Below, in pieces: positions 15,601 through 30,622 of a stretch of 64,000 bases of DNA (within the stretch, counting starts at the first letter, position 1; every line of letters begins with the position of its first letter). Both the position numbers and the translations under genes were made by a program. The stretch comes from Catajapyx aquilonaris. Lineage: Eukaryota. Under the pieces are notes generated by a model. It did not search any database and was not told where the DNA came from. It was given only the letters and a program-made list of their open reading frames with translations. The stretch lies in assembly GCA_000934665.2 (NCBI GenBank), contig JYFJ02000185.1, positions 62,001 through 126,000 of the forward strand, given 5' to 3'.

Positions 15601-16110
15601 CAAGTTGACACCCCCCCTCTCCAGGTGACATCGGTAACCCCAATTGCAACAAGGTCCTTGCTACAATGGTGACAAATAGGGCAGGGACGATGGAGAGACA
15701 GGTCCGTCTCTTTTGGGACCCTTCTGTCTTCTCCTGGAGGGACATTTATCACTGGAAATATTCACCTGTATGTGACGGATTCTGCGACAATGAGGTCGCC
15801 ACGCAAGTAGATAAAGTGGAAATTAGTAGGACCAATATTGTGGAGCATCTGAGCTAAATTAATGAAATGGGAAAAATTCATTAACCTAAAAATGCGACAC
15901 GTCGGTGACACTTTTGCTAACGTTAACAGAATTATTTGCCCGGTTAGGTGGAAAAATTAAGTAAGACGACCCAATCAAAAGGAGTAAAAATGTTTCTGGC
16001 TGGAAAGAAATTTTTCACTGCAATTTTAATATTCCGATCTTAAATTCAATTTTTATTAATTTTTATTTCTTTTATAATCTCGATTTTGCGGAAAATGCAC
16101 GCTATACTAT

Positions 16111-16150
16111 ATACCATCATATACCATCATATACCATCATATACCATCAT
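16111..16150. repeat. Tandem repeat (ATACCATCAT)x4
   Basis: Four exact 10-bp copies. Confidence 0.95.
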
Positions 16151-18970
16151 TCGTTATATTTTCATTTTTTTCGTACTATCAACGGTGCGGCTCTTACTCT
16201 CCTTTTTTATAAACCAGTACAAAGTCTGGGTTAGACTGTATACTAATGCAACTTGTTAGCTCTGCCAACCGTGGATGACTAGTCAAAAACCCAGGTCAAT
16301 TTTTGGATCTCTGGAATAATGCAAACATGCATTATCCACACGGTAATTTTATAGCTCGTGTAACCCTTGGTGTAACCAGGTGCAGAGTTGACTCAGTTCG
16401 TTGAATCGGACGTCATACACGGGATTTATAAAAATTTTATTTGCAATATGGGGATCGAGACACATGTTGGTAAACCCCAGTTTTAAAAACGCATACTGTG
16501 CAGTAGTTCGTACCAGCAATTGTTGGTATTTCAACAGATCGTGGCTTACATGTTATAAATGGCAGCCCTTCCAATGATTCCCCTCCCCAAAGTTCACAAT
16601 GCAACTTTCGCAGCACCGTTATGATAAATCGAGCCAGGGTCAAGCCGTCTAGAAATCCTGGTGCCAACCTTAGCTGATGACCGATTCGCCAAGCTGCCTT
16701 GATGGGGCGTCTACATGTTTACAAAATGATGAATCGCTACAGACACACACTTGTTCGATTGGCGTGCTCGATTTCCCTGAAAGCATCAGACTTGGTGGCT
16801 TTGCTGGAGTCATGCGATGTATTCCATGTCCCCCCCTTCCCCTTTCTCCACCCCCAACCCTGCTCACCCCTTTTTCTTCATGCCGAGCGGGTAACCGCAA
16901 GTGTTGAAAGTGACAGAGCACGAAAGGAAGCGGCGTGTGTTAGCTCGTGATAAAGCGACTGTGACGTTGCATTAGACGTCCAATACCTGTGTTTGCCGGT
17001 TTATAGCCCCTTCGTATATTTTGGTAGGCGGGAATCATGACCGTACATTGCACGGATTTGGATTGTATTGCCAAAAAAAATACTATAAAACTGCACGTGC
17101 CTGTACAACTTATTTGTCATCAATTCGGGAACAAATCAGTAAAGTAGGCAAAAGACATGGGCTGTCTCCTCTGCCTCTCTTCGCTCTTTGTTAATCCTGG
17201 AGTCTTCTGTGGGTCTCTGGGAGTTTCGAGACGGAAGTCAGACTTAATTCAGGTCGTTCCGGAAGCCTAGACACTCCCATCAATGCGGATGAAGGGGGGA
17301 AGGAAGGAGGAGGGGGAAATCCGGAAGGAGTTGAGAGCAAATTAAAGTTCCTGCTCCCCGAGTGTTGGCAGCCCCCACCTGCATTTGTGTGATGTTGAAA
17401 TGACACTGGTTTAGAGAGACAAATTCAAAGGGGCCAGAAACTGGTGGAAAAGCCAGACATAATTTCCTACGGGAATATGATCACGGGGGCCATTTTTTTA
17501 AAAAGAAAACTTCTGGTGGGAAGGCCTATGATTGTTTAAAATATGACGCTGCCCGGTTTCTAGTTTTAATAAAAGTCACGTGGGATGATCAAAAATGCAC
17601 TACAAAAGGGAAGCACTGCATGTTCCCTGTCGAGTGAGAGGGACTGAGTGTGTAAAATAGGAGTCGTCTGTGGACATAATTTTTAATAAATCTATCACAC
17701 AAGGCGTCATATGAGAGTGTCGCGGAAAGTGTCACTCTCCTTTCGTGGGCGTGCTTGAATCTGACTGTTTACATGCTGATTGTAGATGCGCAAAATTTAA
17801 TCAACTCTGTGGTCAGGACGATTTTTTACACTGTAACACTCCTTTGCACGAATCTCATTGGCGGATATGTCAAAATCTATTTGGGAAAACTAGCCAGAAT
17901 TACAGTTTATTACAGGTGGTGTAAGTTTCTCCTGCTGATAAGTGAAAGTATAAAGCCCCGGCTTGTAACCGAATCTCCCTAGGATCATCTGCTTCCTAAA
18001 TTGCTGGGAGTAGACAATTGCAGTGAGCAAAAGTGCTTTCCAAACAGAAGGCTTCCAAAACATTAAACCTTTCGGAATCAGTTTCAAACCTAGGGGGCCA
18101 CCTTTAAGCCCAGCCACCTCTAAACTTTTCTCCCAGATTACATCGCTTTCTACTTTCTCTCTGCTTTGTTTCCGCTAGAAAGAGGGAGAGATAGAGAGAA
18201 AGAGAGGAGAAAAAAATACTGCAAGTCCGAATTCGAAACAGGGCTTTTTGTAAACCAAAACTTTTCCGGAGCTCTTGTCTCACACATGAGACATCTCCGC
18301 TCCGCAACGCTTGACACTTCCACTCCCTACCCCCCTCTTTTCTTCATCCAGTTTTTGCAACAAAAAAACGGTTGGTTTGAGACTGTCAAATACAAACTTT
18401 TTTTTCTCTCCCAGCTTTTTTTTTACTCTTTCCTCCGACATGCTTCTCCTAATCTGTGACTGCCAAGAGGTTGAAAAAGTTTTAGCGTCCGGGCCAGTTC
18501 CGGGGCGGAAATGAAAACAACAGTCTCCAAAGCCACTCTGGAAGTAAAAGCGAGTTGCAGGATCTTCTCTTTTTCGGCTTGGGAAATATTTGGGAGGCCT
18601 CCCTCCATTCCCCCTTGGAGGAGGAGAAACCGTCGAGGCGCCGCTGAAACAAGAAAATCCTAATTGGCTATTGTGGGATAGGGGCCCCAAGGATGTGCCC
18701 AGCAAGTTTAATAGGCCCGCTGGACAAGGACCAGAAGAAACACTCCCGGTTTCCTGACACTTCTCTCCACTCACTTTTCCTCACCACCAAATGAAATCAA
18801 AATCAAATTGCTAGGAGCTTCTTCCTTACATTTACACACCCTGCTGGTGGTGTTCGTCCGTGCTCTCGAATTATATTAGGCTCGAGTGGGCCAATCATCT
18901 ACTCAAATATCGCTTCAGACAAATACAAGACGTTCCTTATCAATCAACAAATCGATTCGATATCGGCCTA

Positions 18971-19047
18971 CAGTGAAATCTATCGATTTTGACAACCCAG
19001 GGGGGGAACCGATGGATGCGGGAAAACGATATATCGAGGTTTCCCTG
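18971..19047. mobile_element. 77-bp pogo/Tigger-like (Tc1/mariner superfamily) MITE
   Basis: TA|CAGTGAAATCTATCGAT ... ATATCGAGGTTTCCCTG|TA: imperfect TIRs of the CAGT.AAACCTCGATA type with a TA duplication. Confidence 0.65.
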
Positions 19048-22000
19048 TATCACAATTTGTTTTCAATCTTCTTCGATAATAATTAATACAAAGGGTTTAA
19101 TTTGGTAAATTTTCAATTAAAAATCAAACATAGCCAAATTGAACCACTAATCACCAGCAAGTGTGTTTACCCAGCCCCTGAATTTATAGAATCGAGTTTA
19201 TCTGGCCCGGTATAACAACACCGGTCGACACGTGTTTGGCTCGTACAAAGACGGAATGCACTAAAGCATAACGTCTGCTGTCATTTGGGAAGAGAAACTT
19301 CCTGGGCAATAAATTTGACTAAATAAACGCACTGAATCTCTTGGGAACAACTCTCAGCAAGCTTCCCATCGTGACCGTTTGCCATGTAAGTTCCGTAACG
19401 AGGTCGTAAAACGTGATTACACCCCTTCTTATAAAACCAGGAGCTGTGTAGGGGGGGTTATGAGACGTATTATCTTGGAAAACGGCGTTTCGTGCCCGTA
19501 CGACCAGATCCACGTGATTGTGACAAGCTTGGTCCTATGGTCGCAAGGTCTGGTCCAACTCCTGTACATGCTCACCTTTCTGTCAAGTTCGACCCATTAC
19601 ATGTTATGCTGTCCATTCCTCGTTATGTAGTATAGGAGGCGAAATTAAGGCTCATCGGAGTTCGTGAAATGGGGCCATTGGTCCGATTTTAAAGCTGCTT
19701 ATCCATTGCATAACGCCGGAGATCCGGGCTCATAAAGCAGGGCACGCCCATCAAGATGAAACTGCTCTCTAAAATACGAACGACTACGCCTCTCGCCCAC
19801 TTGCAGCTAGTTCAGAGCGTTCCTTCGCTAATAGGCAGGCAAACGTTTCCGTGTTCTTAAGCCGGGTTGCTTACACCGTACACAGTATAGGCCACTGTAA
19901 AGATGCTGCACGAGGATGAAGCTATAATGTATAGATGGCATAAAATAACTGCACACAATCAAAATATTATGTACTTTGGCACAGTTTTATAGCCTCTTAT
20001 GTGTACCACAATGCCAAAAAAATCCTTACATAACCTTCACCATTTTAACAAGGTGAAGATTAAGTTCAGTTCATATTTTTTTTACTATTCTGTCAGTTTG
20101 CAGTGCCAGAGGACACGTTTGTCAGAAACATTTTGGACATACAGTACGGCACACAAAAACTTTCAACTTGTCTGTAACAGAGTTGATACTGCACGATCAT
20201 GATCGCCTGCAGATCATGCAGTCTACATTTTAATTGTTAGGAAAGTAATTAGTGTTTTTTTGTTCCCAGGCATTGATGGTACTGACATCCTGTCGGACAA
20301 ACTTACGTATGCCTCCTGGACAGCATCGAAAACATACTCTCCACTCTCCAGAAGGTAAGCAATGCGTTTATCATTAATTTATTTGCTATAAATTTATCAG
20401 AAGCCCTGCTATTGTGGACGTTCTCAAATGGCAGGAATTCAAATGCGCAGAAAACAGTCTGCAAAAGTGTGAACGTATAAGAGATCAAAATCCGGAATTT
20501 GGAAAGAGATATATAGAAAAACATAGTTCCCCGTGAGAGTGATGACTTGTGTGTTCGGACAAGCGTGGCTACGAAAACCAAAGTGACAATGAAGAATGGC
20601 GGTGGCTTTTTCTTTCCCGGAACACTGCCTCAGACCTGCTGACCTCCATCGAGCAACATCCGCCCGCAACACTTTATAAACGCCCTTTTGGCAAGATAGC
20701 AGCAGAGGAAATGTGACTGAACTTGGGCCACCTTATGGCCAGCTTCGTGATTGCACAGACATCGCTTCAATGAGAAGAATACTTCTCGATATTATTAAAA
20801 AGATTTGATTACAATGGGAAATCATCCCTCCAACAGTTTTTATCCTCCTGAAAAAGTCAACTCGCATCAGGGTGATATATACTGCCTCGTTGTTTGAGCC
20901 GGTACAACTGTAACTTTATAGTCCGCACGCTGTGTGACACTTTTGTGTTGTGATTTATGTGTCGTTGAGTCTAGATCAAACAAGGGGGAAAAATAGCTCT
21001 GATCCTGACACATCCGGAGTTATTTTTTTTGTGTGTGTGAGGCAGGCCCCAACCAAAAATCAGTCAGGAGTGTACGCTGCTCCGATGCACACACTCCATC
21101 GATTTCGGTCGCCAGCTGGTACTCGATCATATTCCCACGTAGAAAAACGCCACTTATTTAAGCCAATAAGCTGCAAAACACTCGAGTGCACCGCGCTTCA
21201 CCTGCAGCAAACACTTGCATAAATGTGGAATTCCAGACATTCGGATAGTTCCAGTTACAATGCTTTAATTATTATCCATCCTGCGAATGTGGATTACGCG
21301 GACGACAAATGCGGCAAAAACCCTTCCTTTCATTAACAGTAATCCCATTCCTCAGGATCCATCAAATATTTTAGGAAAGTGGAGGCACCCACTGGAGTTG
21401 AATCCAAAGGGCCGTAATCATCCTTCACATTTACCAAAGATTCCTGGGGATAGAAATCCCCGCTCTCCAGCCTCACCCGGGTAGAATACCAAGGGGGTGG
21501 GGGGGGGGGATGTTTTACTGTAAACCCCCGAGTCTGAGTTTATGACCGATTCGGATTAGGCCGGATCGCTGGAAATCTCCTACTTACGGCTCTTTCTGAG
21601 TCATTATTCACCGACTTAATTCCATTCGACTCTTGAGTTTCTCTGCCGAGGCCCCTCGCGCGGATGCTGCGGCCATGAGAAATGGGGCGGACTTTTCGCT
21701 TCCAAAAATTTTCTGGAAGGTCTCCCAGGTAAGCAACCTAACCTCTTTTTTAAAAAATGTGTTCAGATATGCACTCTAGAAATATAAAAAGTTGAGCAGG
21801 GGACCTTGATGAAAGCTGCGAGCCGCATCCCATGTTTTATTCGCAAGTTTTCATATTTATTTTAACATTTTTTGTCCTCTTAGCATGTCCTGAAACACCG
21901 GGCGCGACCTTGCTCAGCAAATGGACGAGCCTTTCTAGATGGAATAAGTAGGTCATGTATGCATTAATACCAAGAATTTGGACAAGTCGCATCCATTCTT

Positions 22001-25000
22001 GCTGCTGCTTCAAGGCAGCACCCGTGAATTTTTCAGGTCGATCACGCCGCTAGAGTAAAAGAAAAATAGGGAAACGAGTGATTGATTCACGAGCTCTGTC
22101 GACGACTAGTCTCATGATTAATCAAGGGGAGGGTATGCTTCTGTGTGGGGGGCTCTTGAGTCCCTTTGTGATACATTGCGTTTTCTTTCCTTCGATGTAT
22201 TCCGTCGCCTATATTCCAGAAAAGTATTAGGCATTCTTCCACGTCTCCTTTTGTACGCATCAGTGAAGCTTCCTTGACTTGTCCTGTTTCGTTTCGCTGA
22301 CTCACATCATTTCTAGCTTCGAGCAATCCGTACTTGTCAAGCATACAAAGACGATTAATGTCAACAAACCGGCCAAAAATTTGCAAATGTTTTATTGCTG
22401 GCTGCACGCACATGTCTTCTTCAGTTCGTGAAAAAAGTGATTATTTTCTTTGCTATATAATGCTGATGGTTGTGCTCTCCTGAAACATTTACTTTGCATA
22501 AGATTATATTTGGCAATTATTTTAGCAGAATTTTTAGCGATATCCACGCTAATCTCAAAGAACAAGGACATTTTGAGCTTATACTTTTTCGGCTCGAATT
22601 ATTTCCGTTAAATTAATTTCCTCTCGTGCAGGCAAGGATTTCAACACGTTCTTAATGAGGATGTCCAGAGTACGCCTCCGGTTATCCTAAACCTCTTGGC
22701 CTGATCTTGCAAATCTGCACTAACGGCATTTACTGCGGATTGCTAAAATAACATGCTGCCTGAGGCAAGTTCCGCAAGAACTGTTGGGAGAAATTACAAA
22801 GTTGTAAAGTACCATTGAAGTAAGCCTATTAGAGGCTCTAGGAGTCGCGAGCAGTGGCTATTTTGGTTAATAGCGCTCCCAGCCAGTACTTAGTAAATCT
22901 CCATAGCCGACGGAGTATTTGAGTGCGGGTTACTTGAGAGGACAAACCATAACAGAAGCCGGTGGTTATTTACGGTGTTTCAGTAACGGCGCTAAGCTCC
23001 AAAGTAATCAGATCCTACGTCGAGAAGGTGATCACACGGTAAAGAGCTAAGACCCTCAAGTGATGATAATTTGATCCTACTTAAAGTGTAGCAACATCTT
23101 CCACAAAAAATAATAAAACAAAAATGTAGCTGGAGGTGTATAAGAACGCGACAGTCTTGTAACTAATTTTTATTCATGATGGTATACACCTAATGCTAAC
23201 CCTGACTTCTGCTCAGATGTAATGGTTGGAATTACATAAAGTAATGGACCATTCGTGTAATAACGAGTAATTCCCAATGAAAAGTCAGTACACGTCACAT
23301 GTAACCTATGTCATTTTTTTTTAAATAGGAGAGCTCGTACATTCTTGGATTATAATATATTTGTGAAAATTACTCTCCGCAATTCCAAGACTGCGCCTTA
23401 TGATTGCGCACTCGCCTGTCTTATTACAACAGTTCCAGCCATAGGTTTATTAGCTGTCCAGAAGATGCTCCACATTACATCAGAATGAAAACAGATGCGC
23501 TGCATGCCTTGCACCAGCAAGATGCATCGGCTTATTTCATTATGACCGAGATTTACGCGCAATATATTCCGGTTTAACTGCATCTTCAGGAACTTCCCTT
23601 ACACCCCCCAAAGAAAACCTTATACTCTCTGGCTTAGCACGATGCAGAGTGGTAATGAAATAAGATGCCAGAGCTTGTGTATGGCAGACTCGATTTTAAC
23701 CCCCGTGCCATTGGAATAACAAGTAGAGCAAGTCAGGAAGGAAGGAGATAAAACTTGCAGAGATTCAATGGGCTCCAGGCAAAGGGTCAACGTGGTCATG
23801 GCTGGTGTAAGAGCAGGCTGGATTGGCCACGGGCAGCTAAAGAATATTCGCGGAGTAAGAGAAGGAAAGGCAAACAACTGCGCTGGCGTTCTGGCAGTGT
23901 CTCTGTTTTGTCTGCAAACAGCAGTTCCCCAGGATATAACGGGTTCCACTTTTATGCTCTGCGCTGCACATATAAAGCGGTGGTGTAGGGTAAGGGACGT
24001 GGCCTTTTTTTCCAACAAAATAAAGAAAAGGCGGTCAGGTCATCGTACTTGAAGAGATCAGAAGGCTCTCTCCTTGGGTGGTGCTCAGTATGAGGTAAAG
24101 TGATTTGAGATTGTCATTCAGGAGCTTTGCATAGAGTGTACTTTGCAGGAAGTGGGTTCTAGGATGTTCCCAAAAAGATTTTTTGTTCAAGAATGGCTTG
24201 GAAGTTGTTAAATCTTATTAATACTGCAGGAGATTTCCAAAGAGGATTTTTTGGAGACAGTTTCAGATCTGGGTCATGTTCTAGTTGTAACTTGTAATGT
24301 GGTGATTTTTTTTCGCAGTTTGCAAAATTTGGGGAATGATAGATTTATTCTCAGCGCCTTTAACATACTTTGACCCTCACATGTACCCACATTAGTGTTA
24401 GTTAACATCGATCATTAAGTTAAATGAACTGACCAAAATAACATTCATAGATGATCCTTCCGAACCAACCATGCGTGTCTTTATTTGATTGTGCAGTTAA
24501 TTACAGAAGCATTATTAGGCTAATTATCCTGAATACGGTCCGAAACATACCAGCCCGTGTGTAAGGGGACAAAATGAAGCATCATGTGACATTATAAAGA
24601 TTTTAATAGAGGGATTTATTGTATGAGCTTTGAGGCTGTGCAAATGAATATATAACGGTATATTTATTGTGAAGTAAATTTGAAATCATTCGGTAAGCAG
24701 TAAGTTACTTGTGGTAAGTTTTGAAACATTATTGGAGCTGGAAGCAAGGTTTTTATTACATCGGGACGGACTATTGGCAACTAAAATAATTATTACGGAG
24801 TCACACTGATGTAAGCGTAACATTTCCGCAATAATGGAACAAAAATCGCATGTTCAGATTTGTGTCATATTCGGATGTGAATTAGGGGAATGTAGGATGT
24901 TTGCTTGGAATTAGTGCAAATAATGCGATTAGAGTGGAAGGTGATTTGAAACAACGTTCCTCAATATTGATTATGGGCATGTTTTAGCCCGCAAAATTGA

Positions 25001-25616
25001 ATTTTAATCTACCTCATGCAGCCCCAGCGCAAAAGGGGTGCACCCGCAGTGTCATCAGTTTAAATTCATTTTTCAGTGAAATGCTCTCCTTACGTACCGG
25101 CTATCGAACTATTGCAGAACCAAAATTACGCAGGGTTAAACACTTGATAATGACAATGTACAGTGTATTACATCTGGTAGGAAGGATTAACGCAAACTTT
25201 TTTTAAATGGGGCCATCGTCATTACTATAATGCAAATCAGCTTAAAAATCCAGCCGCTTTCAAAATTAGGTCATTAATATTTTAGGTTCTTGACACATAC
25301 CATTTATTCCTAATTTGCCTACCCCCCAGCATATCAATCTAATTTTGAGTCCGGCGTGACGAAACAGGAAAAAAATCCAGCATATTCACCTCCATCCATC
25401 CACGGCAGATATCGCCATTATCTGGCTAGCTTTTGATAACATCACATCCAACATGATACCAGGATTAGCAATACCGTAACACCTCTCCCCGGAATATCCC
25501 TCACTCTATGTACAGGACGTTTTAAAGCCCTCTCGCGCATCAATTTAAATTCTGCTAAAATACAAAAAGGCCTGTCGCGAAAATTATTTCAGCTCCGGAC
25601 CTTCTGCCTCAGACAA

Positions 25617-25633
25617 CTCTCTCTCTCTCTCTC
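25617..25633. repeat. (CT)8 microsatellite
   Basis: Read directly. Confidence 0.9.
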
Positions 25634-25742
25634 GACACTACAGACTACAGACAGATTTTCAGCCCTTCGCTTAGGAAACAGACATCACACAGAGAGGCCC
25701 GCAGAGAAAATGGTTTTTACTGAGCCGAAGAGCTGGATGGTG

Positions 25743-25770
<28 letters not shown>
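25743..25770. repeat. (GA)14 microsatellite
   Basis: Read directly. Confidence 0.95.
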
Positions 25771-25774
<4 letters not shown>

Positions 25775-26176
25775 ACTCTTGTATGTACTGCTTGTTCCAT
25801 TAACCAGCAGTGGCTCTTAAGCGCCTCTGGCCTGTCACATCCAGGCACACCCCCCTCGGGTCTAGTAGCTTTGAGGTTCCTATCGATAATGGACACACGG
25901 GTCAGGCGTTTGGAATTGGCGCTCCACACGGTGCCCGGGTCCTTTTTCGGCCAGATTTCGGCGGTTGCAACTTTGTCACTCACAACTCACAGGGCTTTGG
26001 AAAACACAAAAATCCAGAAGAAAAAAAACTGAGCCGGATCTTCATCCAGTTGGCGACTCCATTAGTCCCCTAATGAAACGCGATTTCCATTTGAGGCCTT
26101 GGGCTGGAAAAGAGAGGGTTTTTGGGAGAGGTTGAATCTGGGGTCGACCGCACAAGACTGGCTATACCCAGGGTGC

Positions 26177-26179
<3 letters not shown>

Positions 26180-26254
<75 letters not shown>
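26180..26254. repeat. (GA)37 microsatellite
   Basis: Read directly. Confidence 0.97.
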
Positions 26255-26256
<2 letters not shown>

Positions 26257-27139
26257 GGTCCATGGACGCAGCTTCCCAAAAAGCCCAGTGTGCAAAACTA
26301 GCCGCACTAACCTCACATCATAACCCGGACTCGCGGATGTTGGAATTTTAGTCGCCGCCCCCATGCTTTTCCACACACCCGGGCTATGGGAAATTAATTT
26401 TTGGATCCGGCGTTTTACCCAACAATTAAAACGCAAAAATTCCGGCATGAACATTTGCAATTATCTCGATTCATGCTACGTCCCCTTCTCTCTTTTTTTT
26501 TAGGATGAAGGAAAAGAGTGAGTGTTTTGAAACCCAAGACGTGGCCTAGTTTTCGATTTCTGTGTGTTTCGAGACGAACCCGGGTTTATTGGCTCAGATC
26601 TTGAACAAGCATATCAGAAGGATATTGTTTAGTTTCCATCTAAAGTCAATGTTTTGATAAAGTTTTGTACACATAATCGCTCGTACTGTACCAGGAAAAC
26701 TGGCTGGTTGAGTGGGAGAGGAATATACTCGATTGTGTGCCTTAAGAAAGACATATCTGCGCGTCACATTGAAAGTGGTGTATCGTCCAAGTGCATAAAT
26801 CACATATGAGGATTGTTCACTCCAGAAACCAATTCAAACTGGTTGCTGCTGCGAACTTTTGTGATCCTGACAGTTATGCTTTCCGTGACACAAGGGTGCG
26901 GTTGCATACAGCACAGGATGAGACGAAGCTTTTACGAATTTAAAATTATTGTTGCAGAATTATTACTTGAGAATTTTTCGTTATACAGTACGCGAGTCGT
27001 TATAAAATGGAAGCACTTAATTTGAAAAGCATGCGGGATATTTAATTGAGCTAATTATTCCAAATATGTTTTAAAAGCTCATATACGCCCAAGGTGACTT
27101 GGAGGTGGCAGTGGAAATTATGACTTTGTTTTTATGAGA

Positions 27140-27171
27140 AAAATCTGGAAATTTTTGGACCACCCCTCGTA
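27140..27171 (-). mobile_element. Solo mariner-like terminal inverted repeat
   Basis: The minus strand reads TA|CGAGGGGTGGTCCAAAAATTTCCAGATTTT, resembling TA-CGAGGG mariner ends. No partner end seen. Confidence 0.45.
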
Positions 27172-30100
27172 TACGGGAACGTAGCATCAACATGAAGTAG
27201 TAGTGTCGAACTCCTGCCTTAATATTAAATATTACAGAAAAATTTGGATTGCCCGCTGCGTACACATGTTGGAGAACCCAAAAATACATTGCGCAGCCAC
27301 CTGCTAAACCATCCTCCCGCAATCTATTTTTAGCTATAATACCTCTTCAATTTTTTAAGCACCCGCATTTCCAACTCAGCCGACACATTTCACAACAATG
27401 GAGTGCTTTTGATTTCCATCAGGCATCCAAAGTAATAAAGTACTCTCCAGAAAACCGACTTGCCAGGAAAACAATTTTTTTTATTTCATTTCAAGAGCAC
27501 GTTGCCACGTGCAGACATAAAAATTCTATAGGTCACTCCACACTGCAGCGAAATGCTCGAAATGAAAGTGTTTTTCGCTCCCACACTTTTTTTTTGTATC
27601 CGCCGACTCCTCAACTACCGCACAGCGGCAATAGGCTTGTCTGCTTCTTATAAAACTTTCAAAGGGGGCGGGGGGCTGCTGGGGGGAGACGAAGGGTGGG
27701 GGAGTGTCGGAGGTTACCGCTTTTCTCATCAAGTTTTCCTACTCACACTTAAACACCGTCAGGAGACCGTCGAAACAGCCTCACCCTCAATTCAAGCTGG
27801 AAACTTTTTTTCCCCCCATGTTCTTTTCTTCTCCAACCTCTTTCTCAGGGAGGCAGTTTCGGACACTGAGCAGAATGGACATGTAGCCGTTTTGACCTTG
27901 GCAGTTTCCAGCCACGCCTCTGGAATGAAAGGGCCTCTCTCAGGAGAAAAGCGTACACAGCGTAGTTGTCCCCAGCTTCGGAATTATCCAAACGAGCACT
28001 TCCAACCCTTGTTGGTTGAAGCCCAATGGACGCTTTAAGCAATGGGTCCTAGCTTTTCTCCCCCCTTCTCCAGTTTCCTCCTCAAATAAGGAACGTTTAT
28101 GTCCAGACCGCACACTGAGAATACACACTTGGGATCTGAACCTGACACCATACGGCGGTAATGAACGGAGGGGTCCGCAGGCGTAGGGAAGCTGGCGTTT
28201 CAATCTTTCCTTACTATAATTGCTTCGTTAAAAGTCCTTATCAGCATGCAGACCGCTTTCCAAGTCGACGCCGTTAATTCCCGAGCTCAAATCCTGTAGC
28301 AATCCTATAAGGGGGGTCGATAGTTGCTCGGTTGTACCATTCTTGCAAGGAGACATTTTTTGGGGGGGAAAGGGGGCAACGGACTTTTCTCCCGAGTTTC
28401 ATTATGAGAAGGTTGTCCCTATACTGCAGGATGACGACTCTAAAGTCTGGATTCATAGGTAATTGAATAGCATTGTTGGCTGCTCGTTGTGCCAACTCCA
28501 AGTGCCAACTGTACCAACTCATCCTTTACTGACTGTCAACAATCTGCCAGTTGTCACAACTGGAAACTTACAATCCAATCCAATATATCCACACTTTATA
28601 TTCTTCTACATTCGTGCGTTGTATATCTAATGAAAAAAAAATCTCTCAAAATTAGGCACAAATATTTTGTTTCGAAAAATAGTGGCATCCGTTTTGAAAA
28701 ATTGCCATTTAACTTCAGAAGAGCATAATAGTTAATGGAACACTCTTGGCCTGCAAGCCGCAGTGGCAAAATATTTTCGATAATTCGTATTTATTTTGAT
28801 TTGCTGCAGCCAAGAATATGACTTGAAATTTATACCTTGAACTATACGCTTCTTGTGTGCCACACTGAAACGTGTACTCTTTGTAATGTCATGATTGCAT
28901 TCATGGAGGCAACTAGTGTAATAATGAACTATTGACCAGCTCTAGTTTATTAACATTTAACATAAGCGTATAGACCAGAGTAATGTGAAAGGGGCTTACT
29001 TGGCCCAGCATATTTACTGCAAAACACAAAAATTCCAGACTATTCCGATTGCAGAAGTTTTGCAATATTGCAAACCCTCCACTTCCTCCCTCTCTCACTG
29101 GAATTACCATCTCCAGTACATTAATCGCAGTATTCATAAATTCCGCAGAAATAATCAGGCCCAACGTATCAGGTCGCGCGCAAAATAATTTACGCCTCTC
29201 CCAGTTTCCCATTGTGGACCTGCGACAAGGGAGGTCACAGGCGGACATTCCACAAGCCATTGTTCGAAAAACTCCCAGCTTCCAGGCCCACACAGTTTAA
29301 GGCCCACCTTTTCCGACTGACTAACTTTGTGCTTTTCGCCAATCTTCTCTCTCTCTCTCTCCCTCTCTCTCTCCCTCCTTTTTCCTTCTTTCTCTCTATT
29401 CAGAAGCGCCATTCACAAGGATGGAATTCTTTGCATGCTCGATTGAAATTTCGAGCCATGTACCTTAAAAATATGGAAGGAGGAATTGAAAAAGAATATC
29501 AATTTTATTTTCGCTTAGGATTTTCAGTCTAACAATTCAAGTGCAGGGACTCTTACGCAGGTTGGATGGATTAGAGTCGCATTAACGGAGATTGGATATT
29601 GCAAATATGCATCTTCAAGATTGAATATATGAAAAAAAATTGGGTATATCTGGCTCGCATTTAGTCGTTAAAACTACTTTCTAATCCTCAATTAATTAGA
29701 GCTGCATGCAATAATAAAGTGTAAAAAGGATCATGCACCAAAAAATAATTTATCTACGCCAAATTATTTCTTAAAGAAAACAAAATAATCAACATATTTT
29801 ATGCTGAGTAGGCCGGATGTATTCTAACGTCCTAGTGAGACTTTTATGTCGAGCAGTGTGTCTTCCTATCTGGTAAAATCCATTTGACAGGAACCCAAGT
29901 CTGCCAAAAATGTTGGCGAGACGTTGAGAGTCTATCACATAAAGATCCATCTCTTGAGATATTACTTGTGAGAGTGAAGGACCGTAATTTTTTTTGGCGT
30001 CTTCGTGCTTCTGTCGACTCATCAATAAAGTGGACAGTAGAAAGAGTAAGAGCGAATTAGGACATTGTAGCCGGCCCCTCCCCAAAAAGGCTATTGTCGC

Positions 30101-30622
30101 TCATTTTTTTCTCCTTCTTCTCCTTCTTTCTTTTCCTCGACCCATCTTCATCCCTGACTCATGTCCGAAGGCGAACCTGACAATAGGAGCACCTCGTTAA
30201 TCTCACACCCACTTGACCTCGACCAGAGAACAAGGACTCGAATCTTCCTCCCCTCCCACACTCCTTTCCTATCCAAGTCACCGTCTATAAAACTACCCAT
30301 CGTTCTCCATTCGTGTCAGAATTTCCTCGCCTCCTTTTTTTTACCCCTTTCCTTATATTCGACCTGATCCTTCCAACTATCGAAACCAGCTCACATTATT
30401 TTTTACTGCAAGCAATGTGTAGGGCATATTATAATTAAAGTAGAATTAAAAGGAATATGCCAATCTTGAAAATACGTATGATGTGTTATTGCAATTTGCA
30501 AATAAAATTCGTGGATCAAATTGGTTTTTGAAATGAACTATTTCCCTGTGTGAATCTGGGTAGACATTGAATTATGCAGCTTGTGTAAGTGGTGCTACTA
30601 ATTTTTAAAAATTGTTACTCAG

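Noticed and set aside
23600..24330. Possible decayed retroelement coding sequence (e.g. minus-strand PAVLIRFNNFQ)
   Set aside because: No diagnostic RT, endonuclease or gag motif that I can recognise, and multiple stops; needs a translated search.
3674..24541. Harbinger-like solo ends: AATACGGGCCTA at 3674 and 13846, TTCGTGAAATGGGGCC at 19661, GAATACGGTCC at 24531
   Set aside because: No convincing partner TIR with a matching TSD, and 12-bp matches are expected by chance in 64 kb.
26062..26460. ORFs with (SL)n or (ER)n runs, also at 44006-44245
   Set aside because: Translations of GA/CT microsatellites.
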